From NCBI GenBank assembly GCA_977020255.1, contig CDROCS010000194.1:1178001-1242000 (forward strand): a DNA stretch of 64,000 nucleotides. The letters are read 5' to 3'. Position numbers and translations under genes: made by a program. Source of the DNA: Obrimoposthia wandeli. Its lineage: Eukaryota. The notes beneath the pieces were generated by a model. The model was not told where the DNA came from. It did not search any database and was given only the letters and a program-made list of their open reading frames with translations. Each line of letters begins with the position of its first letter. The first letter of the stretch is position 1. This document shows, in pieces, positions 46,901-61,852 of the stretch.

Positions 46901-48682
46901 GGACGGTCTATTCTGGTGTCTCGAATATCTGAAGGTTGTGTGTTTTACCTTGTTGTAGCTATGAGCTTATCCGTAGATGCCCCAATCTTATGAATACCAA
47001 TTGTGTCCACAAAAATTAACAATGATTTGTTTCCTTTTAAAAGATCCAAACTTTATATCATTCAGATTAAACAATTATCCAAAATGCATCAAATAATTTG
47101 TTACAAATATTTATTAATCAATTATCAAAAATCGAATTATTCGTTACAGAACTATTCATTACAACGGTCAGTGCAAAATTATTCAAATTCACAGTATAAA
47201 AATTAAATCGTGTGGTCACATCCTGGTGTGGGTTTACTTGACCGGTATAGGTCACTTCGATTTTATATTTACCCACAAAATGGACCACTAACGGTCAATA
47301 AAAATTTTAGGTTGTTATTATTTTGATTAAAAATATTTTCTTTACTTGGTTCCTTGCTGAGTTGTCTTCTTGTGAATGATTCGGCTTCGTTGGTTTTTCG
47401 TAAAGAGATTTCTTCTTCCTTTTCTCTTTGTAGGGAATTTTGTGATTTCTCCGGTAAGTATTCTTTTTTTCAAGCTGTTGCTTTGGTCAATGAACTTTGC
47501 TTGCTAATTCTTCTTACTTTATCTTTTCCTGACGACGACTTTATGAATAAACCACCCGCGAAGCCGTTCCCTTGGTGATCCCAGTCGGGATCTGACACAA
47601 AAAAGATAATGTACTTCATAATTAACTTAATAGTTACTTATTATTTTTTGAAACCCCAATATATATACATATATCAATCCAGCGTACATGTATCATTTAT
47701 GTTCAATTGTTTTGACATATTTGGCTGAATTCCTGAAGAATGTTACATTCTGCAAAAATCATTCAACACAAAAAATGACATGCAATTTCAGAACAATTTA
47801 TTGAAAAACATAAAAATTATAGAAAAAGTCGTTGATATTTTCAAATTGTTTTTCATACAAGAAGTAAATAGAAGCAAATATTTAAACATTTTAATATTAA
47901 TGGTGAAGAAATTTATAAAAATATACTCAAAAGGAAGTTAATTTCGATATTCATAACTTAGAAACTTAAATTTCCAATATTTATAGGATTGAAAATATAA
48001 AAGATTTTTGTGATAATAAATGAAAATGAGTAAGAGTATTAAAAAATCATAATGATTTTGAATAATAATAAACATAAAAACTTACACAAATATTAAATGA
48101 ATTTTAAGCGTTATCAAAAATTGCAATTTATGATTTTCAAAGGAATAAAAATCTTCCGATTTTACTTGCATAAATAATTTATTTAAATTGTTCTTGAGGT
48201 TTTTAAGTTTATTTGTTAGGATAATTGAAAAATTAATGTTCATTGTTAGCACATTTTTTAATTTATTCAATGAATAATTTTAAATTTTAAATAATAATTT
48301 CTTAACACTTTGAATAAACTGAAAGAAAATATAACGTTTTTTAACAGAATGAAACTTCCAATATTCTTGAAAGGATTTGATATCGATTTCAGAAGGTACT
48401 ATAGCCGATTATATAAGTAACATTTTTAATTTGCATTATGATGATAATTTTTAGACGGTTTACACTGTAGCTTGACGAGTATTTACTTATGCAGAATTGA
48501 CAATAACAAATATTAGCACACAGTGGGACTTCGGGAAATAGTTATTAAAAACGAATATAGTTATAAAAAAATATGCGATGTATCGAAATATTTCTGACAT
48601 TTTCAAAATGCCAACATACAGCGTTGAATCAATTTCTTTCGTGGAAGTAAAAATTGACAAGCATATGTGCTATTATTACTAT

Positions 48683-51010
48683 TGTGTGCCGTGAAATTCT
48701 AAAAGTGTGCTGCCAAGTTTTAGATATATAATTATGTTAATATTATTAAATAATATGATTTAAAAATAAAAATTATTTTAACAGGAATAGATATTTAAAT
48801 CCATAAATTTTTTAAAATTATTTCATTATTTGTTTTTAAATATTATTTTGTTTAAAGGTATCATTTTATTTATTTTAACTGTTAAAATTTAACAGAACCT
48901 TCTGAAAATGGATAAATGGTTAAAAAGAAGAAAGCTTAACGATGATAATAGTGACAATGATAACGTTAGCGACAAAGTTAATGAGCCCACGTGCGGTACA
49001 AGTAAAGTTACTTCTTGCTCCAAAAAATACGTTGTTCATCGGAAATACAATGATGATTTTTTGGAATTTGGATTTACCTCTACAATGGAAAATGACAAAG
49101 TTGTTCCCGAGTGTGTGATATGTGGTTGTAAATTATCAAATAGTGCTATGGTTCCGAGCAAACTCCAACGTCACTTGGTGACTAATCATCCTTCGCTTTC
49201 AACAAAAGATAAAAGCTACTTTCAAAAGTCTTCATCTTCAAGATCCAAACAAGTAAAAGTTTTTGAAAAACAAATCGGTGTGTCTGAAAAGGCTCAAGTA
49301 GCTTCTTACGAAATAGCTGAATTGATTGCTGTTAAATTAAAACCTCACAATTTGGCTGAAGAAATTATATTACCAGCTTGTCGCAAAATTGTAAAAATAA
49401 TGATTGATGGATCAGCAGATATTGATATTTGTAAAATACCACTTTCGAATCACACAATCCATCGCAGAATTAAAGATATGTCGCAAAATATTGAGCAAAA
49501 TACTGCAAAAACTCTAGCAAATTCAAATTTTGCTCTACAAATCGACGAAACAACAGATATTACAGGAAAAGCTCAATTAATTGCATTCGTTAGATTTATT
49601 CACGAAAATGATATATTTAATCAATTTTTATGTTGTCGGGAGTTACCTGATTTTACAACTGGCAAACATATTTTTGATGTAATTAGTTCATATTTAGAAG
49701 AAATTAAAGTTTCGTGGAAGTCATGTATTGGCATTTGTACAGATGGTGCTCCAGCTATGACTGGACATCTAAAAGGATTTGCAGCACATGTTAAAGAACT
49801 GAATGGTGATATATTAGTTACCCATTGTTTTTTGCATCGAGAAGCACTTGTTACAAAATATTTGCCATCAGAATTGAAAATAGTTCTGAAACAATGTGTT
49901 AAAATGATTAATTATATAAAATCAAGACCATTAAAAAGTCGCTTATTTAGTAAATTATGCAAATCTATGGAAGCCAAGTACGAATCATTGTTACTGCATA
50001 CGGAAGTAAGGTGGTTATCCAGAGGAAAGGTTTTAACTCGTGTGCTGGAATTAAAAGACGAAATGAAAATGTTTTTTGAACAAGATAAAAATTATGATTT
50101 TGTTCATTTGTTGGAAGATAAAATATGGTGTACTAAACTGGCTTACTTATCAGACATTTTTGTTATTTTTATTAACATAAATTCAAGTATACAAGGGCCT
50201 AATGAAAATATCTTAAACTCAACCGATAAGCTGGTGGGATTCCAAAAACAAATAACTTTATGGAAGAATAAAGCTCAGAAAGGCAATTTAGAAAAGTTTG
50301 AGTCAGTCCCAAAAGACTGTTATAAAACCATTAAAATAATTGTTATTGACCATTTGACAACATTAGAGGAGATAATTATTCATTATTTCCCAAAATTAGA
50401 TATAAATAAATTTGATTGGGTTCGTAATCCATTTCTCATAACGAATACTTCTGTATTTGAATTAACTTTGAATGAAGAGGAAGAACTCATTTTGCTTTCC
50501 AATAATCGAGATGTAATTTTAAAACATTCAGAAGAATCAATTAATTCATTTTGGATTAACATTTGAAGCGATTATCCCATGATAGCCATAAAAGCTTTAA
50601 ACATATTATTACAATTTTCCACATCTTATTTGTGTGAATTCGGATTTTCAGCATTAACCAACATTAAAATTAAAAAAAGATCAAGATTGTTAAATGTAGA
50701 AGACGATATGAGAGTAGCATTGTCATTTTTACGACCAAAGATAAATGAAATTATCAAAAAACATCAAGCTCAAATTTCGCATTAAAAGTATTCTTATTAT
50801 TAACTTGTAATTAATCCCTTAATAAACGTACTGTCATTTATGTAGTACATATTATTTTATTTCGCACATTTAAAATTATTATCATAAACTATTTTACGCA
50901 GTGTGTTATAGGTAAGTAAATAATTTTTAAACTTATCGTTTTCTTCGTGTGCCGCCAAATTTTGAAATCGTTAAAAGTGTACCGCAACAGAAAAAGTTTG
51001 AGCATCACTG
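48683..51010 (+). mobile_element. hAT (Buster/ZBED5-8-like) transposon, left TIR missing
   Basis: Right end AAAAAGTTTGAGCATCACTG at 51010; subterminal GTGTGCCG motifs at both ends. Confidence 0.85.
48908..50785 (+). pseudogene. hAT transposase with a single in-frame TGA (50564-50566)
   Basis: PECVICG BED finger, ALQIDETTD, CTDGAPAM, HCFLHRE, HTEVRWLSRG, FSTSYLCEFGFS. Confidence 0.93.
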
Positions 51011-53119
51011 ATCTACATCAACACACACACACACACAATGACAAATCCAAAAAACACACGTGATTCAGAACTTTTGCAACAATGCGTTCTTTCATAAAAG
51101 TAAACTTGATTATTGAAACTCTAGGACATAATTTTGAAATAAAATGTTTACATCCATATTTCCTCATTTTTTTAATCCACTTGAATCCGTGTTTGAAGAG
51201 TGAAATACATTTTTAGAGCATCCAAGTCAACAAAGGATGAATTGCTTAAGATATTCTCGGATATTAAAAACAAAAAACGTTAATCACTGTATCAAAAACT
51301 TAAATGATTGTATTAGTGCAAAAATATCAATAAACACATTGATTTTGTTTATTTCTTTGTTATTTTTAATATCTTCATAGTTAAATGACAGAAATTTTAC
51401 AAATTTATAATATAATTTAGGAGTTTTACAATTATAACTGACATTTTAAGATTAAAAAGTAATTTTGTTATAGTGTAAACGAAAATGTAATTGTTGAGGT
51501 CCAGAATCATACAAATTAAAATGAAGTGGCTTTATTTATAGTTCTGGTCAAGGACATTTTATGACCCTAAAATTAAAAAAAATTAATTAAAATATATTAA
51601 AAGAGGACATAAACAAAATGGAGGTTCAATTAGTCTCATGTGACCTCTGAGTTAACATATATAACTCATCTGAGACACCACAACAACTAGAGTGGATTTA
51701 GAAGCAGAAGTGACAACAGAACTTGAAGTCACAGAATTTGATATTTTTGGAATTAGAAACAATTCTCTGAGATTCGATTTGCGGAGCCCACGTTTCTAAA
51801 GATAGCGGACTGTTGTACTATAAATATAGTATAAGTCGCTCGAGGAAATACAAGAAATATTTTGACGAAGGAGAGTAACAGAGGACTCCAACGCAAGATT
51901 TGAAGAGACGAGAAACAATCAAAGTGGAGAATCTACACGGACCGAGGATCAACCGGATTACGCCGAGTAGATTATTTTACCTCGCATAAAATTTATAAAA
52001 TACTATTTTAACTTTTGACCTGTAAGCGGTTCTTTTTTATAACATCTTTGTAAAATCGGGGTAAATTTAAATAGCCTGTACTATTACTTTGTTTTAAATT
52101 TACTTTAAGAAACATAAAAAAATTTAAAATTATTAAAAATTATCAATTTGTTCAAAATAAATATGATTTTCAAAATAATATCGAAATTTTCAGATGATAT
52201 TGTCTAAATATTTTCTATTTACTATTTCAATTTGCTAAATTAATAAATTTTAATTATTTATTTCGGATTATATTTTGTTATTTGAATTTTATCATTATGA
52301 AAAGGATAAATATAATTAAAATTTTGAATGATAAACAAATGAAAAGGTTAAAACATTAAATAGAATTAATTTGAAATTATTTACTACATCTATTTAATAA
52401 AAGTACATAAAAGGCATATTTTAATTATTTTTAATATATGATAGAATTATTTAAATTTTTTCAACAAGTAAACTTGTTTTTAACTTACAAATTAAATGAT
52501 ATATTCTTCAATATGTTTCAGAATTATTTTACTCAAAATTATTTATGAATTGTATTATTTTCGATAAAATAAATATAATGAGTTGAACATTTTTCGAGCT
52601 TTCTTCGGTCTAAAAATACTTTTAATTTTGAGCTCGCATGTGAAAATCTAAGGATATAAATAGATATGGATTTGTTAGGATACTTTCTTTATTTTGAACT
52701 CTCAAAATTGTCGGCCCCCTGGCCATTTTTGTTTTGTTGTATATAATAAAATTATATCGTAATATCTATATATAATTTTTTTATATTTAAATTAAGTACA
52801 ACAATAGAAATTTTTTTAAAAATTCCATTGTGAGTATATTAATTATGTTTAAATAAAATTAAATAAGAACGAAGTGATTTAAACTCTAAATTGAAAATTT
52901 GTAATACAAATGTCATTTCGCCCTGAAGAAAAGATTAATACTGTAACATTTACAATTCCAATTGAAAATTTCTGTGAATCTGTCTATGTTAATTTTCGAA
53001 TGTGATTTGATTAAATTAAGATAATGTTCTAATACAAATGTGATCAGAACTATTGACTGGTTGATCGATTTTATCCAAAAAACCTTTGGCGATTTATCAG
53101 AGTACAAAATCTGCTAATA

Positions 53120-53506
53120 CAGTGAACTTCGCTTAATACGATCTTTTGTCAAATGAATAGCTTCCTTTTCAATGTAAATTATATTGATTAATTTTTGTTT
53201 AAATATCATATTTTTATACAATCAAGTATTTAAGATGAAGCATCGAAAAGATATATTGCTTAAAGAAAAAGCAAATATATTAGATGACCGAAAAACAACT
53301 AAACAAGTAGATATAGTTAGAAAGTACAAACTTATGCAGTCTACGGTCTCAACAAACTATTTTAATAAATTGTAGTTGTCTCATTGTTTTTCTTTTAAAT
53401 TTGAACATATCAAAAATTACGTAACAAATCTCGACCAATCAAATTACACATGGCTTAATACGATATTTTTCCCAAAACCAGACATCGTATTGAGCGAAGT
53501 TTACTG
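53120..53506 (+). mobile_element. pogo/Tigger-derived MITE, 387 bp
   Basis: TIR CAGTGAACTTCGCTTAATACGA / TCGTATTGAGCGAAGTTTACTG, flanking TA on both sides, internal CENP-B-like HTH remnant (LLKEKANIL...QSTVST). Confidence 0.85.
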
Positions 53507-53519
53507 TATATAGATTAAA

Positions 53520-54300
53520 TATATAACTTTAAACAGACTAATAACAAAACAGATATAACATTAAGGTTGATTTTTTTACAACTAAATATGCCAAAAACAC
53601 AACTTAAAACTAGTTTTTCATTGATTTTGATATTGTGTTGTTGATCCATATTCCGAGATGACGTATTGAAAGAAGATTCAAAGTTGCTTAGACGGTATAT
53701 GAAGACAGTATTTAGAGTATTCAACTGTCAAATGGCTTCTGTATCTTGACACAATGGTTTTTGTCTAGAAAAAAGCGCTTCACAAAGATTTCAGTTCCCT
53801 TTGCATTTTCTTCACCCATCACCTTTACAAGCCTCGTCACAGACTGGCGAAATGCTGACAAATGTGTAACTGCTCGGATGATTAACAAATTATTTTCCTT
53901 ATTTATCAAATAAAACTTTTCCAGCATTAAGGAAGCATTTACATTTTTCCATTTTGAAAAGATTTCCTACGCCTCACTGAAACATTTGCATTACAAAAGA
54001 TGCATCAGTCACTGCTTGGGACTAAAATAGGTTTCAAAAAAGTTAACTGCTGTGCTTGCAAATGGTTTCCAATTGTTTCAATTCAAACTGCCTCATTTTG
54101 CTTTTAGGGGAAAATCCCAGTTCGTATTTCTTCAGATGGCTTGAAAAATACCTCTCTAAATTCCCCTTCTTTATCAGAGAGCATTGGCATGAACTATCGA
54201 AGAAAGGCATCGTAAAGAAGAAATCATTTTCCAATTTGTCATAAAGTGATAAAGTTTTTGGTATTTTAGATAGACTCTTTTACAGTTTTAGATGCCCCTA
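53520..54300 (-). pseudogene. Decayed hAT (GTF2IRD2-like) transposase N-terminal region
   Basis: KKGNLERYF...RQSVTR.V fragments. Confidence 0.65.
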
Positions 54301-57300
54301 GTTATGTTTTTAACAACACCTGATTTCAAATAAATAATATTTGAACGACTGATTTTCTAAAATTTTATATTATATCATTTTTAAGGTGTTTATTTAAATG
54401 TTCATTTCAAAAGTTTCTTTCTTAATTTAATTTTAAAATAAAATCCTTGATGAATTTTGATCTACTTTTGAAACAAGTTGCAGTGATCGACAAACATGTG
54501 AAATAGATCTACCATTTGACTACCTGTGATCTTTGACTCGACAATGATAACAATCAAAATTGGCGAATAGTTTAACGAGAAAATCGAGAACAGAAGAAAA
54601 TCGGATTCAGGAACGGCGAGACGTGTTTTGAAGATGGTTCAATGATAGGCTCGGAACTTTGACTCCACAATAGAGACGTGTATTTATTTCAGAGGTTTTG
54701 TATAATCGCTTCTGGGGATTTGTAAAAAAAATTAGTTGACATTTCGTGACGCTTCTTGTTAAATTAGTGAACGATTTAATTTGCAATTGTTTATATATAC
54801 TTTGTACTCACTTAACTGAGCTGCACTGCGAATATTAAATGACGTGCGGATTTGTGGTGAATGCCACGATGGGCTATGCGTTCAATGCAGAAAATGTCTA
54901 AATTCTGAAAACCATTAATATTAACTACAGTTAAATTTCCCCGTTCTTTATGGCCTGTTGCTTTTAATGGCCTGTTCCTGTCGGGTTGTCTTCGGGAAGT
55001 ACTAATAAATCTTTCACATTGTCAATGAGGGATTTAAGACTAACAAGTTCACAAGTTGGTCAATCTTTTAGGCAAAGAGATTTCTAATACAAATATAAAT
55101 CCTGCTTTAAAACGGCCCTTTTCACTAATTTGAGAACTCTTAAATTTCAATGAATTAATTGCTTCAATTTCATCAGTTATAGTCGCCAGCAGATCAATTA
55201 ATATTCACAAGAAATATCCGCGTTCATACTTACTATTTTATCAAATATTTCACATGTGATAAATTTTTGGGTGATTTTTAATATTGCAAATCAACATTTT
55301 AACATGAAATTTCAATTCAAATTATTGACTAGGCCTTTATGAAAATTTATTAACGATTTCAATCAAAAAATAAGTTAAAAAAATTCACACACATAAATAT
55401 AAATAGTTTATTTACATAAGGCTTTACTAATAAGTCTATAAAATAAACCATTAAATTGAATTAATTTCAGTTTAGGTAAGATAGAAATTTCCCTTCATAT
55501 TAATTAAAATTGCATTAAAAGTGTCACAGAGTATTATTATATATAAAAGCATCTATAATAATATCCAACAATCTTGAAATACATTCGAAAGAAAACGCTA
55601 ATTTTCTAATTACATCTACCAGGCATAAGAATCTCCAGATACATCGATGTTTTCAAACATACTTGCACTTTGGTAAATAAACAACTTTCGTTGGATTAAA
55701 TAAATTTAAAAACAACTTTTAAACATATAAAAATATGTTAAAAATGAATGTGACTTTTTAAATGTAAATTAGTAAATTTAACTTGCACTTAAAACTGTTA
55801 ATAACAAATTGTAAATAAATTTAAAATTATTATGTCTAAAAAGTTTACAACTGTCTTAATGGAGTAAATTTTGAACTAATAAATTGTTTACCCGGCAATT
55901 AGGGTTTGTGTACAACTATTAGCTATGGAAATATCTGCCCCAACTTATTGATACGCGACTTATCAGGACAATTGATGTTCTCTTTAAGGGCATTATTGTT
56001 GGCTGTGGAAAAAGTACAGAATATACTTTTGGGTTGTCTTCCATACTTTCCAGCGCATCATTCAAAATGGCGATGAGTCACAGGCAATTGTTTCATGACG
56101 ACGACTATGACTATGATGATGATGATGCTGCAGATAGCAGAGGAGAAACAGACGTGACAATAGTAGAACTAATGTGTACCAAGCGGGCATTTGCTGGAAC
56201 CTCGTTGGCAAGGTGTTGTCGTCAAGACAGGCTACACACGCCCACAACGTATAGATTCAGATCAGGGATAAACTGCTGCTGCTGAACACACGAGCACGCT
56301 CGGCACTGCATTGGTACTTCGCAAACTGGACTGGCATCAACTAGTAGACCTGCATGAGTCACCGGCAAAGCAGAAGGTGTGTGTAGTATACGTCTATTAA
56401 GTCATTGTTGTGAGAGTCGCCCCTCCCACACACATAGTGAGGTCAGTGTTTGTGTCGCGAGAGACCCAACTCTTTCCCGGTCCTCGGGAGCTTGTTTCTC
56501 TGCTAATGAGACAGCAAGATGCACTGGCAAGAGCTGCCTGAAATGGCCAAGTTGCTCTGGCCTGATGCGATGTAAATGACAAGTCAATGCTGAACAAATT
56601 CTCCAGTTGATTAACAATGGATATTTCGCAAATATTGATTCTACTTCTGTATTAGAAAAATATAGATTCCTGCGAGTTATGGCAGTCGTTATTAGTCATT
56701 GCTTACGAGCATTTATTTGTGTGCTCACGTTTTGATTACATTTCGTAAATTCCGATTTTACTGAATATTTTGTCTTTTTATTTACTTTATTCAGATTTTT
56801 CATATGGTTTATGTATACGTGTATTTGTGTATATTTTGTGTTTATAATCAAGAATCGTAATTTCTGACCATTACATGTATCGTAATGTAATTATTAGCAA
56901 TGTAACAAAACGTAGTTGGAATTCATATTATAGTAAAATTCATTGAAGATTTTAATTACAAGATCTACACACTGTGGAATTTTAGTAAAATAAGTAACAA
57001 AGAAAGTATCGAATCATAGCTAAAATACATTGGTAAATACATTGAAATCCGTTTATTTTGGGGATTTGTAAAGCAACATTTGCCAAATAAACAAGATTAC
57101 CCAATAATCATCTAAATAACAGCATATCCAGCTTGTCGCCAACTTTTGGCCATCTTCAGTGTCTTTGTTCTGCAGTTTTACATCCATTTTGATTACAGTT
57201 GTGGATGTTCAGCTGTATAACTGAGCTAGTCAGTTTGATTGAGTGTGAAAAAAATTGGGTATTTTATTTTTGTTGATGAGATGTAATTCAAAATATAATT

Positions 57301-57699
57301 TAATAATGATTCATTATATCTAAATCAATATTAGACAAGTTGATGTGAGTTACATTTTTGTCTTAAATCCTTTGTATTGAATGTATTATAGCTTTAAAGA
57401 ATTTGACATGCGTCTATGCTGATTAGGGAAGAGCGAAACGGCAAATTACTAAACACAAATTTTTGGTCAATAAGATGTTACGTGTTTAATTAAAAATATG
57501 AAATTTAATCTCTTAAATAATTTGTTTTGATAATTATAATATCTTAGACATACATTATGGATTTATTTGGTTATTTCATATTTTTATATAAATTAATTAG
57601 TAAATTAATTTGGGAACGAAGCAATCTGGAGACAATCTAAATGCTATTCAATAATTTTGTCAAATATGTCGTGTAGTATATAAAAAATCTCCCATAGAT

Positions 57700-58110
57700 C
57701 GGAAGAGCCTTATCACACAAAATCTTTAAAACATCTGGGTAAAGTTATGAAGATTATTTTATAGAAATTTGTGTTACTTTAGTTATAGCCTAAGATGGAC
57801 AATATCTTTTCTTTACGATTTAAATGTTGATAAATTTCAATCACAAAACTTAAAGGAAGAAAATATTTGCATGAAGATATATAGAGAAAATAAACAGTAT
57901 TAGGAAGGACCTATTAATTGAACCTTATAAAACAAAATTAGAAACTCGAATACTCAAATACATCTGAATTCAGTGATAATAATTGAATTTAAATCTGCCC
58001 CTGTGACCACAGCGGATGTTGAACGTTTCTTTAGTTCATATACTCAAAGACTCTATTTAATAATGGATAATGTTAGGGACCACATGAGCATAAATTGCAA
58101 AAATGACTTT
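57700..58110 (+). mobile_element. hAT dimerisation-domain remnant
   Basis: FKSAPVTTADVERFFSSY at ~57990-58040. Confidence 0.55.
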
Positions 58111-59649
58111 AAAAAATTAATATATTTTTTGGAATTCGAATTTTTGTTGTGATGGTTACAATTATTTATTTAGCCGTATTTAAGTTACAAATAATTGTCG
58201 ATTTATTTGTCGGTTTGTTTGTTAAACCGACTTTAAAGCCGAAAAGCGGTCGTTTTTTGCCGTTCTGCTCATCCCTACTGGTGGTCGGTGGGTGATTCAA
58301 TACGATCACCATAGTTGTCCTCGTCTTCTCTTTGTAGTTTTCGTAGCTTGTCCTTAATGACAATATTGCCAGCTTTTCATCGTAACAAGTCAAGTGTTAT
58401 CGACGTACATAAGCCTCTACCAATCCGCATATGTCAATCATCTTGAATTAGTAGAAAAGTAGTATCATAAAAAATAATTACCAATAAATTCTGCATGCAC
58501 AATTGTAGCAAATAATCCTTTCAGTTTCGTTTGAAAATTTTATTATTAAGAGCATTTAAATAGAAATAGATAATTTAGTTTAAAATTTCTCATAATTTAC
58601 AAATCTTTGATTAAAATTGGTTAATTCAATATTCAGATGTGCCTAAATTGGATTATCCAATTTGTAAATGAAAAAAAGACAACATTATTTATGGTGCAAT
58701 TTTTTATCATAATTTTTCTCTTGTTCAGTGGCCGCCTTCATTACAAAATGTAGAATTGAAAAAGAGCTTGTCGTTCATTAGATTATATTTACAGACAGTC
58801 ACCATGTGGAAGAATACGGGATTAAAATTTGAGATTCTATGAGCTGTCAACACAGCTTTTGTTTGAATATTGACAGTGACTTGAATTGGAGATGTCTCAA
58901 ATTTCCGGTAAAAAGGTCATTTATGTTTTGAACAAAATTTACAAGGAAATGCCATAAACTTTAAAATTGGCATAAAATATTTTTAATAACAAATCTCCAT
59001 TTAAAGCTGGATTCATTTTTAAATAGTATTTGATTTCTTATTTGAATAAGATCAATAAATAATAATAAAATATTAAATTGTTTATTTGTTGTATGTTTTA
59101 TGCTGACATAAAATAACTGAATTCAAGATTATTCAAAAGTGCTCCACAAATAAACAACTCTGAGTAGTTAACTGCGACATCTTCTATACATAAACATTTT
59201 TTAATAAAAAGTGATGACTTAGCGTCAAAATAGTTTTTTCACGTATTATATCGGTAAATAATTGCAGAGTAACTTAAATTTTTATAATTAGATATAAGTA
59301 GTAGTTTGATTGGTTCCGTTGTTTGTGTTTGATTTGAAACATGCCTAGATATTGATTTTCAAAGAAACCGTTTTCCAAAACCAAGTTATAAAACGAATAT
59401 AAATAAAGGACATTATTCATTTAGACCATGAAATCTACTAATTATTCAAACAAAGCTAATTTTTCTCAAATAGAAAACAGCCTGTAGATTTTTGAAATGA
59501 AATAAATTATTTAGATTCAGTAGAATGTCTATTTTCAAATATAGATAACAATAGTTTCAAAAATATTAATAAATAAAAAACATTTTAAAACCTTTTCTAA
59601 ATTAATTATTTCATTGTATGCAATTATTGTCTTTCAATATAAAAATTTA

Positions 59650-60560
59650 CTTGGTGTCATCCAAGATGTTCCGGACTATTTAAGAAACAAACAATCGATT
59701 GTGAAAATTTCTGTCATGTAAATAGAAGGTTTATTAATAGTAACTAAAATTACTTTTATTTTTTAATTTATTGATTATAATCTAATTTTAGGCCTATAAG
59801 TTAAATTGTAATGAAAATAAAGAAAACAGAGTCTAGATCGGTAATAAAGTTTTTAATATTAAAGAATCATTCGAATGAAGAAATATTTCAAGATTTAAAG
59901 TATGCATATAAAGATGAGTCTCCTAAAATAACAACAATATATTATTGGATTGTGGAATTTAAACATGGAAGAGAATATGTTGAACAAGATTACTCTGGAG
60001 TTGGTCGTCCTATCGAAATTTCTGACAATAAAAAATAATTGTGTAATGCTCTCCTTTAGCAAAGAATAGCAAATAGAAAACTCAGTGAGTTATTAAACAT
60101 TGGATATGGGTAATGCCAAAGAATGATTAAAGATATGGGGTACAGAGAGGTTTTTTCAAAGTTTGTTCCTGTTATTTTGACTCCTGAAATGAAAGAAAGA
60201 AGAGTGACTTGTGCTATTGAATGTTTAAAGGTTTATGAACAATATAGTGATGTGTTCTTGAATAATATAATTACAGAAGATGAAACTCCTTTATCCCTAT
60301 ATTTACATGAAACAATAAATTTTGAAGAAAATAAATTTTTAAAGAAAATAAATTTTTCAATTTTTTTGATTATGTCATCCCAAGTATCCATCATACAGAA
60401 ATTAATAATATTAATGCTATTTTCAAAAGAATGAAATTGGATATCAACATTGAAAACTTTAGTGCTTTAATTAAAGCCGATGAAAATCTGTTCAAAGGAA
60501 TATATACTCTGAAGAAGAACTTTCCAAAAGCAAATATTGGTTTTATTCATTGAAATTCAA
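59650..60560 (+). mobile_element. mariner transposase remnant, internally deleted
   Basis: ESRSVIKFL...YYWIVEFKHGRE....VGRP; KFVPVILT...FLNNIITEDET. Confidence 0.85.
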
Positions 60561-61029
60561 GGATTCAAAGTCGATAAACTCGGGAGAGAGAAGCCTATAT
60601 AGATAATTACTGAAGGACATAAGAAAGTTTAATATATATTGATCTTTGTGTGTTATTGTGTTCTTACTATAAACAATAGTATTCTAAATATATATTCTTT
60701 ACCAAATGTGCTGCCCGGTCTTCGGATGGAGGACTCGCACATTAGGAGGCTCTACAAGGGAGACTTTAGTCACTTAAAATCATTTGCAGAAATTCTAACA
60801 CTTAAACAGTATGAAATAGCGCGATATTTGAAAAGCTCTTGAAATCGTGCATACTACATCAAAATGGTTTTGCAGTAAAGGGTACCCCGCCTGAAGGGAT
60901 CTATTGCCTTGAGGTAGTATGCGCGATTTGGAGACTTGATGAGTAATTTGGGTAGTTTTTGAGTACTTTTACGACATTTTGACTATATATAGACATTTTT
61001 AAAGCCCTATAGTGTTGGTAATGGCTCAT

Positions 61030-61852
61030 TATACTACCAAAGAAAGAATTTCAAAAGAAAAACTAGATAACATATTAAAGAGGCATCAAATTATACGAGA
61101 ATCCTGTTAAAATATCAAAAGTGGAGAATAAATATCTCATCGAAATTTTATCAACATCTGATATTGATCAATTGAAAAATATTTTGGGATTTTACATTTC
61201 TGATTATGTATATGAAGGAAATTGTTTCCAACTTGAAACTGATCCCGGTCAGGATTTTAAAGATGATCTAGGATATTTAATTGCTCCAATTCTAGATGAA
61301 GAACTATGGAATATCTCAATACGTCTCAATGGATATTTTGCTGATGACGGGAAAATGCAGCCTCTTTGGACTTTGAGTGAAGCCAACATGTTGTTTTATA
61401 TTTGATTTGTTTAAATAAATATATTGAAATGAATTTTGTCTTGTATTTTGTTTTTTCTCCTATAATTTATATAAATCTAAAATATATATTTTGTCCTTCT
61501 AACGTAATAATTTATTCATCTCTGTTATTATATGCCATTGTAACAGGAATAAAATAGAAGTCAAATATTCACATAAAAGTATTGTCGTAAATCTCGTCAA
61601 ATGGCTCAATATGGATTCTTGTGGTCTTCTTTATTCACTTATGAGGTCGGACATGAAATTCATGCATTTTACTCCAAGTAATATTTTAAAAAATTGGAGA
61701 ACGGGGGGTAGATCCCCCTCCTTCGGGTGGTGGTGAATTATACAGAACATACATGCACGAGGTTTACTCCACACACATGCCTTGGTTTTAAAGGACAGTG
61801 GTACCCCCTCATGGGGGGAGGGGGTGTTTAAGACCACACACATCCACCTACT
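61030..61852 (-). mobile_element. Polinton terminal fragment (ORF A 3' part plus TIR end)
   Basis: Homologous to 1500-2467; ends ACACACATCCACCTACT at 61852. Confidence 0.88.
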
